Shown: in pieces, positions 63,201-64,000 of the stretch
Position numbering within the stretch: the first letter of the stretch is position 1
Layout: the number at the start of each line of letters is the position of its first letter
Assembly (NCBI RefSeq): GCF_001194135.2
Contig: NC_068988.1
Span: 57,839,193 to 57,903,192 of the forward strand
DNA from: Octopus bimaculoides
Taxonomy: Eukaryota
Direction: 5' to 3'
Length of the DNA stretch: 64,000 bases
Translations under genes and position numbers: made by a program
The notes under the pieces: generated by a model
What the model was told of the DNA's origin: nothing
Databases searched by the model: none
What the model saw: the letters and a program-made list of their open reading frames with translations, nothing else

Positions 63201-63731
63201 GGCAACGAGTACAGTGAAGAATTCCGGGTAGAGGTAGGGGTCCACCAAGGTTCAGTCCTCAGCCCCCTCCTATTTATCATAGTCCTCCAGGCGATAACAG
63301 AGGAATTCAAGATAGGATGCCCCTGGGAGCTCCTCTATGCTGATGACCTTGCTCTAATTGCTGAGTCACTATCAGAACTGGAGGAGAAGTTTCAGGTGTG
63401 GAAGCAAGGATTAGAATCGAAGGGCCTTAGAGTCAACCTAGCTAAAACTAAAGTCCTAATAAGTAGGAAGGTAGACAAGCCCCAAACCCCTTCAGGTAGA
63501 TGGCCCTACTCGATCTGTAGAAAAGGCATAGGTAGAAACTCTATAAGATGTACCCAGTGTAAGCTATGGACACATAAGAGGTGCAGCAATATCAAAGGAA
63601 GGGCATCCAGCTGTTGAAACTCTGCCAGATCAGATTGGAGCCTGGTGCAGCCATCTGGTTCGCCAGTCCTCAGTCAAATCGTCCAACCCATGCTAGCATG
63701 GAAAGCAGATGTTAAACAATGATGATGATGA
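63201..63731 (+). mobile_element. 5'-truncated, internally deleted RTE LINE (RT fragment joined to the 3' UTR and (GAT)n tail)
   Basis: Open frame [50 protein letters not shown]...KGLRVNLAKTK...WTHKRCSNIKG, then ggaagggcatccagctg...gatgatgatg. Confidence 0.92.
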
Positions 63732-64000
63732 CTTTAGTTTGTTTCTATAAAACTATGACAAGAGAAGATGTACTCCTGACCATCACAAGATTGTCCATGT
63801 AGAGCTACATTCATGATGTCAGTAATTTAGAAATTTTGGGTTTGGTGATAAGATACTAAATAAGAGTGAAACCACCTATCATTGTTACTGTTCAGCCCTC
63901 ATCAAGCATACTTTTAATCAACAGCATTCCAGTCATGACCATTTCATCTTTTTGGGTATCCAGGACTATAGTCTCCAATATGGTGTTCCTCCCTACCTTT

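Noticed and set aside
63114-63617. 167-aa ORF with a YADD motif as an intact RT gene
   Set aside because: A chimera: it starts in the antisense of a TTC37 exon and reads into a truncated RTE fragment; most RT domains are absent.

Overview
Eukaryotic, AT-rich, microsatellite- and SINE-dense draft-assembly DNA with ten N gaps. The repeat families suggest a coleoid cephalopod, probably Octopus (inference). About 38 kb (24929-63166, minus strand) is the 3' three-quarters of a TTC37/SKIC3 (SKI3, superkiller-complex TPR scaffold) gene. I traced 31 exons by hand (29 complete, 2 running into gaps). All visible splice sites are GT-AG, and reading phases match across every junction where both exons are visible, except 54183/51982, where one exon is missing; the N-terminal part lies beyond 64000. 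No gene is firmly supported in 1-24 kb. The rest is transposon debris: RTE, R4/Dong-like, HERO-like and Penelope-like retroelements, mariner and hAT MITEs, and tRNA-derived SINEs. Three signals are not explained by these annotations. (1) Nine type-I hammerhead-ribozyme-like motifs from several unrelated sequence families, most built as [inverted partial copy]-hammerhead-100 to 200 nt tail-(TA)n; one with an intact core lies sense inside a TTC37 intron. (2) A 65-nt pre-miRNA-like hairpin in a TTC37 intron that pairs best on the host sense strand. (3) A long inverted repeat in the putative TTC37 3' UTR whose mismatches are mostly G-U wobbles on the sense strand. All alignments and folds were done by eye from recalled sequences and consensus models; no searches or folding programs were run.
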